From the NCBI RefSeq assembly GCF_006345805.1, contig NC_043015.1, positions 45,012,001 to 45,076,000 on the forward strand: 64,000 nucleotides of DNA, written 5' to 3'. This document shows, one piece after another, positions 60,372 through 64,000 of the stretch. The notes under the pieces were generated by a model. It was not told the origin of the DNA. It ran no database searches and saw only the letters and a program-made list of their open reading frames with translations. Every line of letters begins with the position of its first letter. Position 1 is the first letter of the stretch. The stretch is from Octopus sinensis. Its lineage: Eukaryota. Made by a program: the position numbers and the translations under genes.

Positions 60372-60730
60372 CGCAGGAGTGGCTGTGTGGTAAGTAGCTT
60401 GTTTACCAACCACACGGTTCCGGGTTCAGTCCCACTGCGTGTACTATAGCCTTGGGCCGACCAAAGCCTTGTGAGTGGATTTGGTAGACGGAAACTGAAA
60501 GAATCCTGTCGTATATATATATGTGTTTGTGTGTCTGTGTTTGTCTCCCCAACATTGCTTGACAACCGATGTTGGTATGTTTATGTACCCGTTACTTAGC
60601 GGTTCAGCAAAAGAGATCGATAGAATAAGTACTAGGCTTACAAAGAATAAGTCCTGGGGTCGATTTGCTCGACTAAAAGGCGGTGCTCCAGCATGGCCGC
60701 AGTCAAATGACTGAAACAAGTAAAAGAGGG
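60372..60730 (+). mobile_element. SINE family A
   Basis: Head-to-tail match with a small internal deletion. Confidence 0.8.
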
Positions 60731-60859
60731 AGTAAAGAGAGTCATCTTTTGCCAATTAAACGCAAGCACTGTTTATCTTCACGTTAGCTTTATATTTATT
60801 ATTTTAGTTGCTTTGGAATAAGCAGAACAAGAGAAAATACGTGGGATAAAGAGTCGTTG

Positions 60860-61210
60860 CTGAAATGATGCCCTATCCAGGGGAGCAGTTTGAATGGGAA
60901 ACGATGCCCCATCCACTATATTCAGAGGACATTGTCCCATCTGATTATCATTTATTCCACAGTCTTCAAAATCATCAGGATGGAAAAAAATATGAATTCT
61001 GTAAACAAGGTCAGAACAGTACTGAAGGAGTATTTTTCATCACGGACAAGTGAATTTTGGAAGAGGGCTTTGCAAGTCTACCAGTTAGACGGAAGAGCAT
61101 TGTAGATAATGAAGGAGAGTATAATTTAGATTAAAAAAAAAACTTTGATTATCTTAATTTTGAAAAATAAAAGTGTAAAAAAAAACACATTATTTATGGG
61201 ATGACCCAAT
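60860..61210 (+). mobile_element. Mariner 3' fragment with TIR (same family as 1547..2811)
   Basis: EQFEWETMPHPLYSEDIVPSDYHLFHSLQNH and TIR ...CATTATTTATGGGATGACCCAATA. Confidence 0.85.
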
Positions 61211-61246
61211 ATATATATGTGTGTGTGTGTGTGTGTGTATGTTTAT

Positions 61247-61282
<36 letters not shown>

Positions 61283-61299
61283 CAAAGTGGAGTTGTAGG

Positions 61300-61780
61300 G
61301 TACCGCACGAGTGGAATTGTATACGAAAGAAGGTTTACATATAGCGCTGCAGACAAGACTGTGCTGATGAAGAGATTGGCAAGAGTTGCCTTGTCTAGGT
61401 TCACCTTCAGCACACCCTTCACCGAGTTGAATGCTCTCCATTCTGCTCTTACCCTTTGTGAAATTTCATTCGCCATCTCTCATTTTATAGTCACTTTTTG
61501 ACCAAGATACACATTCCAGTTTATGTTTGGAATCTTGCTAAGAGATCACATCTGGAACAAGGAGATCAGGAATAGAACTGGAGTGAAGAAGGTCATCACA
61601 GAATACCACCCCGCGAAGCTACAATGGGCTGGTCAAGTTGCAAGGTTCACAGGCAATCAGTGGACCCGTGCAGTTGTCGAGTGGTACTCATGTAAATAGA
61701 AGACCTACAATCAGGTAAGAAGATGATTTAAGAAAGATATTTGGAACAATGTGGATGAAAATGGCAAGAGCACAAAGGAA
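61300..61780. mobile_element. RTE LINE fragment with an inverted 5' segment
   Basis: Minus 61300-61476 EISQRVRAEWRAFNSVKGVL; plus 61535-61690 LRDHIWNKEIRNRTGV...KLQWAGQVAR...WTRAVVEWY. Confidence 0.7.
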
Positions 61781-64000
61781 ATGGTACACATGTGGCCAGT
61801 GGAGCCGACTTGGCACCAGACAGCCTGGCCGATCCAGGCTATCCGGGTGACATCAGTTAGTTCTACATTTCTGAGCCTAATCAATGAATTAGAATCCAAT
61901 AACAAGTTAAAAATTCAATATTTTATTTACAGTGTTATGAAATACAAAAAGAATGAAGAATAATAAAAATACATAGTTTTTAAAAGAGATTAATACATCA
62001 ATCCTTGTTTATCTCAAATTCAATTATCACTGATCCAGGACAACTCAGTATGCTCAATTATGTACCGTTATGCTTATCAGAAATTGGTCTTTGATAACAT
62101 GGGTTGGCAATCAGTCAAGAATTCTGCTTGGACCACAAAAGTGCACCACCAACAATGCTCAGGACAACTTGAAGCCTCAGAAGAAAATTTATTTTGCCCC
62201 ATATGTCCTATTGTCTATTTATCGCTCATTCATTTAACATGGTGTTTTTAGAACTGAATACCTATGGTAAACGAGGATAGATGTGCCATTCAATTATTTT
62301 ATACATACTAGTTGTTAGCTTGTCTTTCTGGCAGATTCAGTTGAGCATCAGGTAGAATGCCTTACAGTATTTGCTCTGGCTTTTTATAGTCTGAGTTCAA
62401 ATCCTACCAACATCAACTTTGCTTTTCACCCTTCTGGGGTCAATAAAATAAAGCACCAGTCAATTATTGGGGATCAGTGTAATCAACTGACCGGTTTCCA
62501 CAAAATTTCTGGCTTTGTGACTTTGTAAGAAATTATTTATCCATTTCAAAAGAATTTCTCACAAATTTCCAATTAGTCAAAATAATCTTCAAAGATCAAC
62601 ATGAATTAGTTGGCATTAGTTGATTGATTGACATGAGGTACAAAATATATAATCTCAGAGAAAGAAATGAAGGAATTTGTACATGGACGGAATGTTCTAC
62701 ATAGATAAATTCCAATTTACCAAATAATCTTACTCATCACATGGGCGGAATGGTCTATATTGATAAATTCGAGTAAAACAAGTAATTTTACTCATCACAG
62801 AGGTTCTGTTTCTATGGCTGGAATTCAGTATGGTGCAGCTCTGAAAGAAATCAAAGAGAAATTATGAGCACAATATGTAACTCTTGTAAAAATCCCACCC
62901 CAATGATCACCCAGAGGTCCAGTCCTTGTTGCAGTGTGATGGTTTGTGTACCTTAATGACCCTCAGAGCTCTTCCAGTGAAGTTCAAGCTCCAGGTAGAA
63001 TTTCCCTTGCTGGACAGGTCAAAGGATAGAGGCCAGACTAATATGGATCACCTCTTCCCAGAAATAAAAATCGGTTTGTGAAAAAAGTCAGCAGCCACAA
63101 AAGGGCAAAATTACAGAATCACCCAACCTGGGAGACAAAGGCCTTCCATCAGGGAAACATATGAAGCAGAGTTGCAAAAGAAGGGATTCAAATGGAAAAA
63201 AGCAGGAAAGATAGACCAGAGTCAAGAACAGTGGATAAAAAAAATCATCAATGGTTAAGCTTCATAGACACCGAAGAGTTTAATTGGCAACCTTTCGTTT
63301 ATTTGTTTGGATTCTCTTTTGACTTAGTAATGTTGCTCTCAATCGCTTTAGAGAAAAATAAAGTTGAAATTCTAGAAATACTTTCAATGAGTTTCACAAA
63401 GAATCGCATTGTCAAACTCCCCACATTTGATAATGACTTAACAAATCTTTAGAATCATTGCTTTCTTCACATGCAGCTTCATCTATGTTGTGTACAAAGA
63501 GCCAAAAATAGCTTTGATTTTTGTGAAGACAAGTAAAAGAGTAAAGAGAGGACATTTAGTGATATTGTGAATAGCTGCTGGGTTGAATAAAAATATCAAT
63601 ATACACAGTTGAAGCAGCATTAAACTGAAATCCCTAAACATCACATCGCACAGAGGCCAGCTTGTTGCTCTGGCAACGATCACGCTCGTATGGTACTCTT
63701 AGTGCTCTACTAGCACGGATGCCAGTCATTGAATTTGATCTTAACCATTTGATACACCACTGACAGGGAAGATGCCTATCATTCTTGCAAACCACAGAAC
63801 TTCTATAAGAGATTTTATCTCAGATGAAAACTGCTGCATCTTGCCTGTCAACAGTGGGTATACATTAAGTATGATACATAGACGGCTATTTTAATTTAAT
63901 ATTTCAAGGCAGCACCTGTAATAGAAACAGAACTAGTTGATTTTCACCACCACTGCCACCACCTCCAACAACAGCAGCATTTAACATCCACGTTCCATTT

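Overview
AT-rich, repeat-dense animal genomic DNA. The SINE/RTE repeat families and microsatellite load look like an octopus (coleoid cephalopod) genome; this is an inference, not a database result. Two intact protein-coding genes are supported. (1) A + strand gene with 5 coding exons (30943..39890; 3114 nt CDS, 1037 aa), assembled by hand from GT-AG sites with consistent phases. Its product has an N-terminal low-complexity region with about 20 imperfect 11-aa xSPxNR(D/E)(S/T)(F/Y)x repeats, a compact central domain, and a C-terminal HECT-like domain that lacks the catalytic cysteine. (2) An intronless SARAF/TMEM66 gene on the - strand (51264..52151). Weaker candidates are an orphan first coding exon (MPTIQ, - strand, 13631..13646) and a decayed, possibly kinase-like gene at 58.5-60.1 kb. 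The rest is transposon-derived: three tRNA-headed SINE families, RTE and CR1 LINE fragments, mariner remnants, Helitrons, piggyBac-type and other MITEs, Penelope-like fragments with minimal type-I hammerhead ribozymes, several long palindromes and large microsatellites. The most interesting items are the repeat-rich pseudo-HECT gene and a tRNA-headed element carrying a hammerhead motif and an inverted 5' duplication (48843..49247). Most ORFs in the supplied track are microsatellite or SINE artefacts. No prokaryote-type systems, CRISPR arrays, rRNA genes or true tRNA genes were seen. Repeat boundaries are estimated by eye and may be off by some bases.
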